Shown here piece by piece: positions 8,254 to 16,887 of a stretch of 32,000 nt of DNA (position 1 is the stretch's first letter; the number at the start of each line of letters is the position of its first letter). A model generated the notes under the pieces. That model worked only from the letters and a program-made list of their open reading frames with translations, made no database searches and had not been told where the DNA came from. Both the position numbers and the translations under genes were made by a program. The DNA lies in NCBI GenBank assembly GCA_963662715.1, contig OY759724.1:390001-422000 (forward strand), read 5' to 3'. Origin of the DNA: Candidatus Omnitrophota bacterium (GTDB lineage: Bacteria > Omnitrophota > Gorgyraeia > Zapsychrales > JANLHA01).

Positions 8254-9231
8254 TTAGTTTAGATTCTCGATCTTCTGAATAACACGCTCCTGATCAGGAA
8301 GCATTTCAAGAGAAAAATTCCAATACTTCTTTGCCTCTTCATTCTGATTCAGCATATAATAAGCATCCCCGATATGTTCGTAAATAACGGGATCTTTCAA
8401 ATAAGCGTCGGCAGCCTCGAACGTCGAAAGGGCTTTTTCATATTCGCCTTTCTTATAATAAATCCACCCCAAACTATCCCAGTAAGCCCCGTTTTCCGGG
8501 TCCAGCTTAATAGCCCGGGACACCAGCTGCTCTGCCTCATCCAGCAGGACACCGTCCTCGGCGTACAAATATCCCAGGGAATTCAGGCTCCCGTCATGCT
8601 CCGGGTCGGTTTTAATCGCCCTTATAAAATAGTCCATCGCCTGGGTGCGTTCCGACAACTCTAAATGCAGTGTACCCAGCAGGAACAGGATATCAGGATT
8701 TTTAGGAGCTAATTTCAGGACCAGCTCGTATTGTGAAATAGCTTTACGGTATTCTTTCTGGGAATAGTAAAGCTGTCCCAAAGAAATATAAATTTCAATA
8801 TTATCCGGGTCGGTCTCGGAGAAGGATGTTAAAATCTGTTCGTATTCCTTGGCGGCCTGCAGGAAGTCCTTCTGGCTCGAATAAATCAAAGCCAACAGAT
8901 AACGCGCCTGCACATTATTGTTATCATAATTCAGGACCTTCTGCAGGGCACTGACCGATTCTTCCAGCTTACCCAGCCGGGCATAGTCTGCCCCCAAGCG
9001 GAGGTAAACTTCGGCATTGCCGGTATTCTCTGCTGAAATCTTATAAAACTCGATCGCCTGCTCCGTCATCCCCTGCAAATCATAAATAAGCGCCATCATG
9101 TAGTGAGCGATCGCTTTGGCTTTTATTTCCTGTTCATCTAAAGCATGCACAGCGGTGGCGCTGCTTAGGCAGAGGACACTTCCTAAGAGCATGACACAAA
9201 CAGGAAGCAGCTTGTTTTTCAATAACCGCAT
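8254..9231 (-). CDS. Secreted tetratricopeptide-repeat protein
   Basis: 325 aa. N-terminal signal peptide (LLPVCVMLLGSVLCLSSATAVHA) followed by tandem 34-aa TPR units (recurrent A..Y..AL..DP.N..A...LG). Confidence 0.7.
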   Translation of the reverse strand: MRLLKNKLLPVCVMLLGSVLCLSSATAVHALDEQEIKAKAIAHYMMALIYDLQGMTEQAIEFYKISAENTGNAEVYLRLGADYARLGKLEESVSALQKVLNYDNNNVQARYLLALIYSSQKDFLQAAKEYEQILTSFSETDPDNIEIYISLGQLYYSQKEYRKAISQYELVLKLAPKNPDILFLLGTLHLELSERTQAMDYFIRAIKTDPEHDGSLNSLGYLYAEDGVLLDEAEQLVSRAIKLDPENGAYWDSLGWIYYKKGEYEKALSTFEAADAYLKDPVIYEHIGDAYYMLNQNEEAKKYWNFSLEMLPDQERVIQKIENLN

Positions 9232-9242
9232 GGCTTAAAAAA

Positions 9243-9344
9243 TTATGCCCAGTCGCGTTTTTTGAGATGCCGCAAAGATTTTCTTAATTTTTTTCGTTTA
9301 TGAGTTGTTATTTTTTGTCTTTTTCTTTTTTTTCCACAAGGCAT
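9243..9344 (-). CDS. 33-aa highly basic mini-protein, bS22 / AURKAIP1-COX24-like
   Basis: Hand translation of the hisG-TPR gap gives MPCGKKRKRQKITTHKRKKLRKSLRHLKKRDWA, then TAA. AAGG lies 8 nt upstream of the ATG. The sequence matches my memory of the GKKRKR.K...HKRKK..R pattern of bS22-type peptides. It is below the ORF-track length cutoff. Confidence 0.55.
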   Translation of the reverse strand: MPCGKKRKRQKITTHKRKKLRKSLRHLKKRDWA

Positions 9345-9363
9345 AAGTCCAACCTTACATTGA

Positions 9364-10239
9364 TTAAACAATAATTTTATTTAACGAATACTCTATGATA
9401 CCCTGCGCTCCGGCTTTTTTCAACTCAGGGATCATTGTTCTGACCTTCCCTTCATGAATAACGGTTTCAACGGCCAGCCAGTTGTCATCGCGCAGGTGAG
9501 AAATTGTTGGTTGCTTCAGAGAAGACAATTTTTTCAAAACCTTCTCTAAATCATCTTTATGTACATTTAATTTTAAACCAACCATACCGTTCGCGTCAAT
9601 GGCTCCTTTTAACAACATGACAATCTGTTCCATCTTTTGATTTTTCCATTTATCGCGGAAAGCCTGATGATTGGCGATAAATTGAGTCGTTGATTCACAG
9701 ATCGTCGATACAATCCTCAATTTATTCGCTTTGAGGCTGCTGCCTGTTTCCGTCAACTCCACCACCGCGTCCACCAGTCCGGCCGCAACCTTGGCTTCTG
9801 TGGCGCCCCAGCTGAATTCCACATCGGCTTTAACCTTGTTTTTCTTCAGATAGTTTTTTGTAACCTGGACCAGTTCCGTGGCGATCCGGGCGCCTTGCAG
9901 GTCTTTGACTGACTTGACTTTTGAATGCTCCGGGACAGCCAGAACCCAGCGGACCTTTACGGATGACTGCTTGGCATAGACCAATTCGGCCAAAGACTGA
10001 ACCTTGGATTCATTTTCCAAAACCCAATCCGCCCCCGTGATCCCGCAGTCCAGCACGCCCTCTTCGACATACCGGGACATTTCCTGAGCCCTTAAAAGAA
10101 CCAGGTCAATTTCCGCATCATCAATATACGGGAAATAAGACCGGCCGGAGACGTAAATATTAAAACCCGCCCGTTCAAAGACTTTAATCGTTGCCTCTTG
10201 CAAACTCCCTTTAGGAAGTCCTAATTTCAGCTTTTTCAT
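9364..10239 (-). CDS. hisG: ATP phosphoribosyltransferase (long form)
   Basis: 291 aa. N-terminus [12 protein letters not shown]..., catalytic domains, and a C-terminal regulatory domain typical of long-form HisG. Confidence 0.9.
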   Translation of the reverse strand: MKKLKLGLPKGSLQEATIKVFERAGFNIYVSGRSYFPYIDDAEIDLVLLRAQEMSRYVEEGVLDCGITGADWVLENESKVQSLAELVYAKQSSVKVRWVLAVPEHSKVKSVKDLQGARIATELVQVTKNYLKKNKVKADVEFSWGATEAKVAAGLVDAVVELTETGSSLKANKLRIVSTICESTTQFIANHQAFRDKWKNQKMEQIVMLLKGAIDANGMVGLKLNVHKDDLEKVLKKLSSLKQPTISHLRDDNWLAVETVIHEGKVRTMIPELKKAGAQGIIEYSLNKIIV

Positions 10240-10307
10240 TTTTGATTCCTTGAATATTCTTGCGCAATAGTTTATTTTGTAAGACTGAATGATTTAAAAC
10301 AGGCTGT

Positions 10308-10336
10308 ATTATAACCTTAGAGATTTTAAAAGTAAA
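10308..10336 (-). promoter_or_regulatory. Candidate sigma70-type promoter for hisG
   Basis: On the minus strand: TTTACT, 17 nt, TATAAT, about 65 nt upstream of the hisG ATG. Confidence 0.35.
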
Positions 10337-10367
10337 GAAATTTTATAATGTCTCACAGGGAATTTTC

Positions 10368-10396
10368 TTGTAAAAAGGCGAAGAAATAGATATAAT
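10368..10396 (+). promoter_or_regulatory. Candidate sigma70-type promoter for the ppiD-like gene
   Basis: TTGTAA, 17 nt, TATAAT (perfect -10), about 60 nt upstream of ATG 10459, which has an AAGGAG SD. Confidence 0.5.
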
Positions 10397-10458
10397 GCGG
10401 TTTTTAAAGCTTAATACTTCCATGGGGGTCTTTTTAATATTCGAAATAAGGAGTTTAT

Positions 10459-12057
10459 ATGTTAAAAATTATTCGACATAAAGGATTTATGAAAAAAGTC
10501 TTGTGGTTTCTTGCTGTGGTTATTATTCTTTCATTCGGATTCTTTGGACAATCTTTTCTGTTCAGGGACTCCAAAAGAATCACATATGCCGGAAAAATAT
10601 TCAACGAAAAAATCTCCATTCAGGAATATGACTTCAACAGGTTACAGACTATTATACAGCTCACGCTGCAATACGGCGAAGCCCTGAAAAACATAGCAAA
10701 CAATATTGATATTTATGCGCAGACCTGGGATCGCATCATCCTCCTCCATGAAGCCCGGAAAAGAAATATTTCCGCGACAGATGAGGAAGTTGTCGCCGCA
10801 ATACAAAAGTATCCCTATTTTCAAAACCTTGAGGATCAAGGACAATTCAATCAAAGACTCTACGAACAGGTTCTGAATCATTATTTCAGAATTAAACCCA
10901 GAGATTTTGAAGAAGGCATGCGCGACACCATAAAAATCTCAAAACTCTTTGAGCGGGAGACAGACGGCATCCATATCCCCGATCAAGATGTCTTGGACGT
11001 ATATACCCGCCGCAACGAAAAAGTACAGGTCAGCTATATTCTTTTTTCTGCCGACCAGTATTTGCAGGATATTGCTTTTGATGAAATTCAGGCGAAAAAT
11101 TACTATCTGTCCCACAAGCAGGATTTCCAGTTCCCTCCGATGATTAATGTTGAATTTATCCGCATTGACTTCCCTAAAGAGGAAACGCCTGAATCTCCGG
11201 CGGGCGGGGACATCCCTGCCCAGGCTTCAGAGGCTGAACAAGGAGACACTGAAGACTTCAATGACCCGCCAATCAAAGAAGAGACCAGAGAAATCACCTG
11301 GGAAAAGGCGCAAACCATCGCCGATGCCATCATCGTGGACGGGCAGGACTTCCATGATGTGGCGCGACACCACGGCCTCTCCGCAGGCGAAAGCGGATTT
11401 TTCAGCAAGGAAAAACCCAATCTTGCGTTAAGATGGTCTTTCCCGCTTATTCAGAAACTATTCGATATCCCTCCGGGACAGGTCCTGGGGCCGATTGAAA
11501 CCCCGGAAGGATATCAGGTCCTCCGGGTCAAAGAACTCCGCGAAGCGTATGTCCCGGACTATCCGCAAGCTCAAAAGGAAGTCAAAGAGGCCTGGATACG
11601 GGAGCAGGCCAGGGAAAAAGCCCGCCGAAAGGCAGATGAGGCCCTCGTCCAGATACAACAGGCCCTAAACCAGCCGGAGCCTTTCAGCCTTAAAACCGCG
11701 GCCGAAAACCTCAATTTCCCGTTATTTCAAACACCCGTCTTTCAAAGAGGAGAATATCTGCCGCAGGTAGGCCTCTCCCCTGCTTTTCAGGAAGCGGCTT
11801 TTGCGATGAAGAACGGGGGGCAACTCAGCCATATTATTGAAACGGAAAAAGGATTCTGCCTTCTGGCACTGGACTCGTTCATTCCCGTCAACATGGACGA
11901 ATACGAAAAGGAAAAAGGACCTTACCAGCGAGAACTGGCCCAGCAGAAAAAAGGCCTGGCTTTTAGTGAGTTTCTTACACAGCTGAGATTAAAAGCCAAC
12001 CTGGTCGACCACACTCCTGAACTATATCGCCTCAACACGGCGGAAGACAAAGAATAG
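10459..12057 (+). CDS. Membrane-anchored periplasmic chaperone / peptidyl-prolyl isomerase (PpiD/SurA-like)
   Basis: 532 aa. N-terminal TM anchor, a SurA_N-like chaperone region, an acidic low-complexity insert, and a parvulin-like segment (GPIETPEGYQVLRV). Confidence 0.75.
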   Translation: MLKIIRHKGFMKKVLWFLAVVIILSFGFFGQSFLFRDSKRITYAGKIFNEKISIQEYDFNRLQTIIQLTLQYGEALKNIANNIDIYAQTWDRIILLHEARKRNISATDEEVVAAIQKYPYFQNLEDQGQFNQRLYEQVLNHYFRIKPRDFEEGMRDTIKISKLFERETDGIHIPDQDVLDVYTRRNEKVQVSYILFSADQYLQDIAFDEIQAKNYYLSHKQDFQFPPMINVEFIRIDFPKEETPESPAGGDIPAQASEAEQGDTEDFNDPPIKEETREITWEKAQTIADAIIVDGQDFHDVARHHGLSAGESGFFSKEKPNLALRWSFPLIQKLFDIPPGQVLGPIETPEGYQVLRVKELREAYVPDYPQAQKEVKEAWIREQAREKARRKADEALVQIQQALNQPEPFSLKTAAENLNFPLFQTPVFQRGEYLPQVGLSPAFQEAAFAMKNGGQLSHIIETEKGFCLLALDSFIPVNMDEYEKEKGPYQRELAQQKKGLAFSEFLTQLRLKANLVDHTPELYRLNTAEDKE

Positions 12058-12145
12058 CCGGACAGGCTGAAAGCCGTCAACTTACAAACTCTTATCAGGG
12101 AGGACATTCCCGTAGCGATATGATGTTACGACGGGGCAAAGGGAA

Positions 12146-12679
12146 TTAAGAACCTGTCTGTACCGGTTCGGCGGGCGTGGTCAGAAGGATGCTTTCATAA
12201 TCCTGCGGGATTTCGTACTCGATGGCCTTAACAGTCCCTCTTTCATCGACCAGAATAAAGGTAGGGATGCCGATAACCCCGTATTCATTGGAGACGGCAG
12301 AATCCTCATCTAAAAACACATCGATATCAATCCCCTTCTTGGACATAAATGACTGCACCTGGCCGGCACTTTCACCCAAGTCTATCAAAACAACCTTTAT
12401 CCCTTTTTCCTGGAATTGCTTCTTGTTTTCTTTTATCTGCTCTAATTGGACCCGGCAATGAGGGCACCACGTTGCCCAAAAGAAAATGAGAGCAGGCTGG
12501 CCATCACGGAACTTTGTCAAGTTGACATTTTGTTCACGAACGGTGTTTAGCGTAAAGTCCGGGGCCGGCTCTCCGATCAGAGGATTCTCAAAAAAGAAAA
12601 ACTGCCCCATGGCATAAGAACCGTTAATGGCTGTAAAGAAAATCGCAAATAATATAACACACCGCAAAAATATTTTCAT
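12146..12679 (-). CDS. TlpA/ResA-like thiol-disulfide oxidoreductase
   Basis: 177 aa. Signal peptide or TM anchor and a thioredoxin fold with WCPHC active site. Confidence 0.8.
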   Translation of the reverse strand: MKIFLRCVILFAIFFTAINGSYAMGQFFFFENPLIGEPAPDFTLNTVREQNVNLTKFRDGQPALIFFWATWCPHCRVQLEQIKENKKQFQEKGIKVVLIDLGESAGQVQSFMSKKGIDIDVFLDEDSAVSNEYGVIGIPTFILVDERGTVKAIEYEIPQDYESILLTTPAEPVQTGS

Positions 12680-12727
12680 TTTTCCCTCCCTTATCCCGAG
12701 AATGAATCTTCTCGGGGGAACAACATG

Positions 12728-13054
12728 TTATGCCTGAACGGTGTCCTTGATCCAGGATAAATAATCCTCCTGTCCGGCGACAACAGGCAGGGCTATGATT
12801 TCCGGGACGCTGTAACTATGGTTCTTTTTCACAACCGCCTCTAATGGCCTAAAAAGCTCTTTTCTCGTCTTCATGATGAGTAAACATTCCTCGGCGCGGT
12901 CGATCTTTCCCTCCCACCAGAAAAAGGATTCAATATCCTTGATAATATTGACGCAAGCGGCCAGTTTTTCATTAAGCACCGCGTGCGATATGGCCCGCGC
13001 CTCATTTTGATCTTGCGTTGTAACTAAAACAGTTATGTAAGGGACATCTTCCAT
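12728..13054 (-). CDS. cutA: Divalent-cation tolerance protein CutA
   Basis: 108 aa. CutA1 pattern (...LAACVNI...S.F.W.G.I...E..L..KT...). Confidence 0.85.
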   Translation of the reverse strand: MEDVPYITVLVTTQDQNEARAISHAVLNEKLAACVNIIKDIESFFWWEGKIDRAEECLLIMKTRKELFRPLEAVVKKNHSYSVPEIIALPVVAGQEDYLSWIKDTVQA

Positions 13055-13143
13055 TATTTTTCAGTCTTTCTAAACAAAAATTGCTTACAAGATTTTTATT
13101 ATACCTTTATTGCCTGAAATTTCAATGACAATCATGAGCCCTT

Positions 13144-13839
13144 TTACCCGATAGCCATCAGGGCCAAATGCCTCCCGCAGCCGGCCCCCTCTCTGCGGTA
13201 AGAAAAAAAACGGGGATCACAGCACGTGCAGAGCCGGCAATCCCTTATATTCCGCGGCCGGATGCCTGCTTGGACAAGCTGTCCCCTGTTAGCTCCGGCC
13301 AGGTCAAAGGCAAGCCGCCCCTCTTTGGCAAAGACATGACCGGGGAAAATCCGGGAAAATTCCGAACCGACTTCATAACAGCACGTTCGAATACCCGGGC
13401 CGAACAGCACCAAAATATTCTTCGGATGCGACTGAAATATCTCCGTCATTAAAGAAACCGCGTGTGACACAATGCCTTGCCGGGTTCCCTGCCATCCGGC
13501 ATGAATCAAGCCGATACATTTCTGCACGGGGTCACACAGATAGACCGGCAGACAATCTGCCGTCCTGATGCTCAGCCAGCATTTCCGCAAACCCGTCAGA
13601 CAGCCGTCAGCCTGCGCAACACCCGCCAAGGCCTTGTCTTGAGAATGAACAACAATGTGCTGCCCGTGAACCTGCTGAACAGTCACGAGATTTTGCGTGG
13701 AAAAAGGCAGGGAAGAATCAAGATACCGGTGCTGCAAAGATGAAAGGGGCTCCTTTTCCTTACAAAAAGAGAAATCCACATCCCTTTCCGTAAACAGGGC
13801 ATGAATATCCGGGGGGAAAAAATCATTCAGATATAACAT
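13144..13839 (-). CDS. pgeF: YfiH/PgeF-family (DUF152) purine nucleoside phosphorylase / laccase-domain protein
   Basis: 231 aa. Motifs QVHG, RTADCLPV, HAGWQG and a C-terminal Cys cluster. Its start overlaps the rmuC stop by 17 nt. Confidence 0.85.
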   Translation of the reverse strand: MLYLNDFFPPDIHALFTERDVDFSFCKEKEPLSSLQHRYLDSSLPFSTQNLVTVQQVHGQHIVVHSQDKALAGVAQADGCLTGLRKCWLSIRTADCLPVYLCDPVQKCIGLIHAGWQGTRQGIVSHAVSLMTEIFQSHPKNILVLFGPGIRTCCYEVGSEFSRIFPGHVFAKEGRLAFDLAGANRGQLVQAGIRPRNIRDCRLCTCCDPRFFSYRREGAGCGRHLALMAIG

Positions 13840-15157
13840 TCAAATCTCGCTGAGGGATTAAGTCTTTATCATCCATCGCGGGCAATTCCTGAACATTCCG
13901 CAATTTCCTCTCTATCGTGCGGGACTTCTTCGCGGCCGTCTCAATGGTGTTGCTGGCCTCCTGCAGTTTTTTATGCGTCTTTTCTAAAAGGCCGCCGAAT
14001 TTATTAAATTCATTCTTCACAAGCCCTAACAGGGTCCAGACTTCACTGGCCCGTTTTTCAACAGCCAGTGTGCGGAATCCCATCTGCAAGCTATTGAGTA
14101 ATGCGGCGATGGTCGTTGGCCCGGCGATCGTCACCCGGGTCTCCCTCCGTAAAAGGTCCAGAAATCCGGGGCGCCGGAGCACTTCGGCATAAAGCCCTTC
14201 TGTAGGCAGAAACATGATGCCAAAATCCGTTGTGTGCGGCGGATCAAGGTACTTATCTTTGATATTTTTGGCTTCCGTTTTAATACGGTTCTCCAAAGCC
14301 TTTCCCGCTTCGGTCACGCCCGCGGTATTTCCCTGCTCCTGGGCATCCAGAAGACGTTCATAATCCCCCATGGGGAACTTGGCGTCGATCGGCAAATAAA
14401 CGGCACGTCCATCCTGGCCTCCGGGAAGTTTTATCGCAAACTCAACGGGATCGCGGCTTCCGGCCTTTGTAACGACGTTCCGTTCATATTGATCGGGGGA
14501 CATCACCTGTTCGAGAAGATTACCCAGCTGAACCTCTCCCCACGTGCCCCGTGTCTTAACATTTGCAAGCACTTTTTTCAGATCACCGACCCCGGCGGCC
14601 AGAGACTGCATTTCCCCGAGCCCCTGATGGACTTTCTCTAAACGGTCACTCACAATCTGGAAGGAATCTCCCAGTCTTTTTTCCAAGGTCGCATGGAGCT
14701 TTTCATCCACTGTCGCGCGCATTTTCTCTAACTTCTGGTTGTTTTCCTCTTGAAGAAAACGGAGGCGTTCTTCAACCACTTCCCGCAGCTTTTCCAATTT
14801 CTGTTCGTTCAGTTGGGTCAAAGTTGACAATTGTTGGGAAAAGGTGTCTAATTGATTCTTCTGCAAAATGGATATGTCTGTTATACGCGCCAGGACCGAC
14901 TGGCTGAAGGCATTAAGACTTTGGTTTAATTCTGCCCTCATCTGCTGCGCCTGGGCAGAAGACTCTTCCCTGTTTCTGGATATTTCTTCCCGGACACTCC
15001 CCTGGACCTTGTCCTGACTGTGCTCCAAAGCCTGCAGATTCTCCCGCATCCTTAATATCTCATCTTTCAAGAACTTTTTAAAAACCACCAGGATCACACC
15101 GAAAAGAAAAACACCCAGAATAAGCCATCCGAATAAATGCATGGAAAACTCTTTCAA
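13823..15157 (-). CDS. rmuC: DNA recombination protein RmuC
   Basis: 444 aa. N-terminal TM helix, a long coiled coil, and the C-terminal RmuC domain (IMFLPTEGLYAE, ...TIAGPTT). Confidence 0.85.
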   Translation of the reverse strand: MKEFSMHLFGWLILGVFLFGVILVVFKKFLKDEILRMRENLQALEHSQDKVQGSVREEISRNREESSAQAQQMRAELNQSLNAFSQSVLARITDISILQKNQLDTFSQQLSTLTQLNEQKLEKLREVVEERLRFLQEENNQKLEKMRATVDEKLHATLEKRLGDSFQIVSDRLEKVHQGLGEMQSLAAGVGDLKKVLANVKTRGTWGEVQLGNLLEQVMSPDQYERNVVTKAGSRDPVEFAIKLPGGQDGRAVYLPIDAKFPMGDYERLLDAQEQGNTAGVTEAGKALENRIKTEAKNIKDKYLDPPHTTDFGIMFLPTEGLYAEVLRRPGFLDLLRRETRVTIAGPTTIAALLNSLQMGFRTLAVEKRASEVWTLLGLVKNEFNKFGGLLEKTHKKLQEASNTIETAAKKSRTIERKLRNVQELPAMDDKDLIPQRDLNVISE

Positions 15158-15164
15158 TAATAAT

Positions 15165-15542
15165 TTAAGATTGTTCTATTTTGATTTCACTCAGATTTTC
15201 GACTTCGTTCAAGCGGCCATAATCACCTTCAATGTAACCGATAACATTAACAGAACTAGCCGGACGGATCTCACCGTCTTCGCTGATCGGAGTAGGGCCG
15301 AAAAATATGCAGAAACAACTTCCTTCCGGCCAAAAAGCCAAATCACCTTTTTCAACAGTTGTTTGAGCGCAGTTGTCTTCCAGATCCTGTTGAACAGGGA
15401 TAGGAAAATGCAATTCCTTTCCCCATTTTGTGACATTGGCAGAAAGTGGCAGGCTATCCCATATCTTCTGAGCTGAACGGGAATCATTGAGTTGAGCGGT
15501 GATGCGTGTATGACCGATTGTAATGCAAATGTATTTTGTCAT
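15165..15542 (-). CDS. Cyclophilin-like fold protein (TM1367-type, Cyclophil_like family)
   Basis: 125 aa starting at MTKYICITIG. WGKELHFPIPV and GDLAFWPEGSCFCIFFGPTPISEDGEIRPASSVNVIG align closely with my recollection of Thermotoga TM1367. The upstream 41 codons of the ORF have no family counterpart. Confidence 0.75.
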   Translation of the reverse strand: MTKYICITIGHTRITAQLNDSRSAQKIWDSLPLSANVTKWGKELHFPIPVQQDLEDNCAQTTVEKGDLAFWPEGSCFCIFFGPTPISEDGEIRPASSVNVIGYIEGDYGRLNEVENLSEIKIEQS

Positions 15543-15821
15543 ATCCTGACGATGTCCATCATTTGTTTGAATTGTAACACAGCTGATAGAACAGTGCAAA
15601 GCATATTCTTTGCTGCCCCAAGAAAATTCCATAAAAACAGTAACGAACCGACAAACAAAGATCAAAGATAGATTTCTACGGGCTCACGCCAGCGGGTTTT
15701 ACGCATCAATAAATTCACGGCACCCTTCCTGTCAGCCCCGGAAAAAGCCCGTGAGGGTCATTTGGCAGACTTTAAAAAATTAATACGATACGCGATGATC
15801 CAAGTGAAACAAGAATAAATA

Positions 15822-15968
15822 TTATTTTTTTTCTTCAAGCAACTTGATGATTTTCTCTAAACGGTTTGTAATGGCGATCGGGACAAAAACAATCCATACG
15901 ATCAGAAAAATCTTTATTCCAACATACCAGATAAGTTCCTGAACGTTTCCACTGTCATAAGGACCCAT
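15822..15968 (-). CDS. 48-aa single-pass membrane peptide
   Basis: MGPYDSGNVQELIWYVGIKIFLIVWIVFVPIAITNRLEKIIKLLEEKK. ATG at 15966-15968 is preceded by a GAGGAGGAGG SD. One clear hydrophobic helix with a charged tail. Confidence 0.5.
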   Translation of the reverse strand: MGPYDSGNVQELIWYVGIKIFLIVWIVFVPIAITNRLEKIIKLLEEKK

Positions 15969-16060
15969 AATTTCCTCCTCCTCTACTATCTCTACTATTG
16001 AATTGACATGATTTTTAATCAAAATTTATTAGAAACCATTATCAATATTAAATTTGCAGT

Positions 16061-16090
16061 ATTATACCTTATCTGTCAAACTCATGTAAA
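16061..16090 (-). promoter_or_regulatory. Candidate sigma70-type promoter for the membrane peptide / cyclophilin-like operon
   Basis: On the minus strand: TTTACA, 18 nt, TATAAT. Confidence 0.4.
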
Positions 16091-16274
16091 GCCGTAGCCG
16101 TTCAAGCTGAAAAATGACATACCCCAAAACGCCCCGGATTCTTAATTCACATAACATATTACGCGACAGATAAATCCAAAATCCAAAAATTTTTCTTGCG
16201 CCCACCGCCCCCTGAAAAAGCCTTTGCCCGAGCAGGAACAGCAAAAATCACCGCAGAATTTTTTGTCTTTTCTC

Positions 16275-16303
16275 TTGAGAGCTTCGGCATTTTTATATAT
16301 AAT
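16275..16303 (+). promoter_or_regulatory. Candidate sigma70-type promoter for the PilZ gene
   Basis: TTGAGA, 17 nt, TATAAT, about 28 nt upstream of ATG 16331, which has an AAGGAGAG SD. Confidence 0.55.
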
Positions 16304-16330
16304 TCTCTTGAACCAAAGGAGAGACATACG

Positions 16331-16861
16331 ATGAAAAATAATTATTCATTTCTACGGGACACTTTAGCTATTCAAGAAATTCGCAAACATAAATGGATAG
16401 AAAGTGAAAAACAAGGTGAAGAAATGGGGTTTGCCACAGCCGCTGTAGACTGGGTCAAAAAATACGGGCATCAATGGAATCAATTTCGCGCAACCCGCCA
16501 AGAATCCCAAGACCCTTTTTCAGAAAAACGGCAATATCGCCGTTTTCAAAGACGGTTTCCCCTGCAAATTAAACTCCAGAACCAGGACATTGAATGCCAG
16601 ACCGACAATATCAATCTGCTCGGGCTGGCCTGCACCATTCCTCATCCGATTGATAGCGACACGGAAGCTTTGGTCACGCTCCAACTGCCGCAAGACACCC
16701 AATCAAAAAACCCGCACAACAGATTGCGTTTTCAAACACATATTGCACGGGTTAGCGAGAAAGACACGCCTAACAATACACGGAATTTCAATGTGTTTCT
16801 TCCTTTCTCCGAAGAAATCAAAAATTTTATCCGTCGCCATTCCGACATACTTAACAATTGA
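16331..16861 (+). CDS. PilZ-domain (c-di-GMP-binding) protein with an unassigned N-terminal helical module
   Basis: 176 aa. Start set at the SD-preceded ATG, because the -10 box lies inside the longer ORF. The C-terminal half has an RxxxR-type motif (RRFQRRFPL) and a D.xN..G motif (DNINLLGLA) typical of PilZ. The N-terminal roughly 55 aa carry IRKHKWIESEKQGEEMGF..AAVDWVKKYG. Confidence 0.65.
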   Translation: MKNNYSFLRDTLAIQEIRKHKWIESEKQGEEMGFATAAVDWVKKYGHQWNQFRATRQESQDPFSEKRQYRRFQRRFPLQIKLQNQDIECQTDNINLLGLACTIPHPIDSDTEALVTLQLPQDTQSKNPHNRLRFQTHIARVSEKDTPNNTRNFNVFLPFSEEIKNFIRRHSDILNN

Positions 16862-16866
16862 TCACA

Positions 16867-16884
16867 CCGGATACATGTATCCGG
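16867..16884. repeat. Perfect 18-bp palindrome CCGGATACATGTATCCGG
   Basis: Read directly from the sequence. Begins 6 nt after the PilZ stop codon. Confidence 0.9.
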
Positions 16885-16887
16885 CCA

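Noticed and set aside
15543-15665. 41-codon N-terminal extension of the cyclophilin-like ORF
   Set aside because: TM1367-type proteins start at the equivalent of MTKYICITIG. The extension is Cys- and hydrophobic-rich with no family counterpart and no SD.
15721-15760. Resemblance of minus-strand GGGGCUGACAGGAAGGGUGCC to the SRP (4.5S) RNA helix-8 motif
   Set aside because: Only the AGGAAGG core is shared. There is no GNRA-capped symmetric or asymmetric loop arrangement and no extended closing helix of SRP length.
16172-16190. Short tandem AAATCC-AAAATCC-AAAAA in the divergent promoter region, considered as a repeat or CRISPR-like signal
   Set aside because: It has only two imperfect units of low-complexity A-rich sequence. 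Nothing array-like occurs anywhere in the window.
16196-16330. N-terminal 45-codon extension of the PilZ ORF as listed in the ORF track (221 aa)
   Set aside because: The near-consensus promoter (-35 at 16275, -10 at 16298) lies inside the extension. The ATG at 16331 has an AAGGAGAG SD. The extension is low-complexity (MRPPPPEKAFARAG..).
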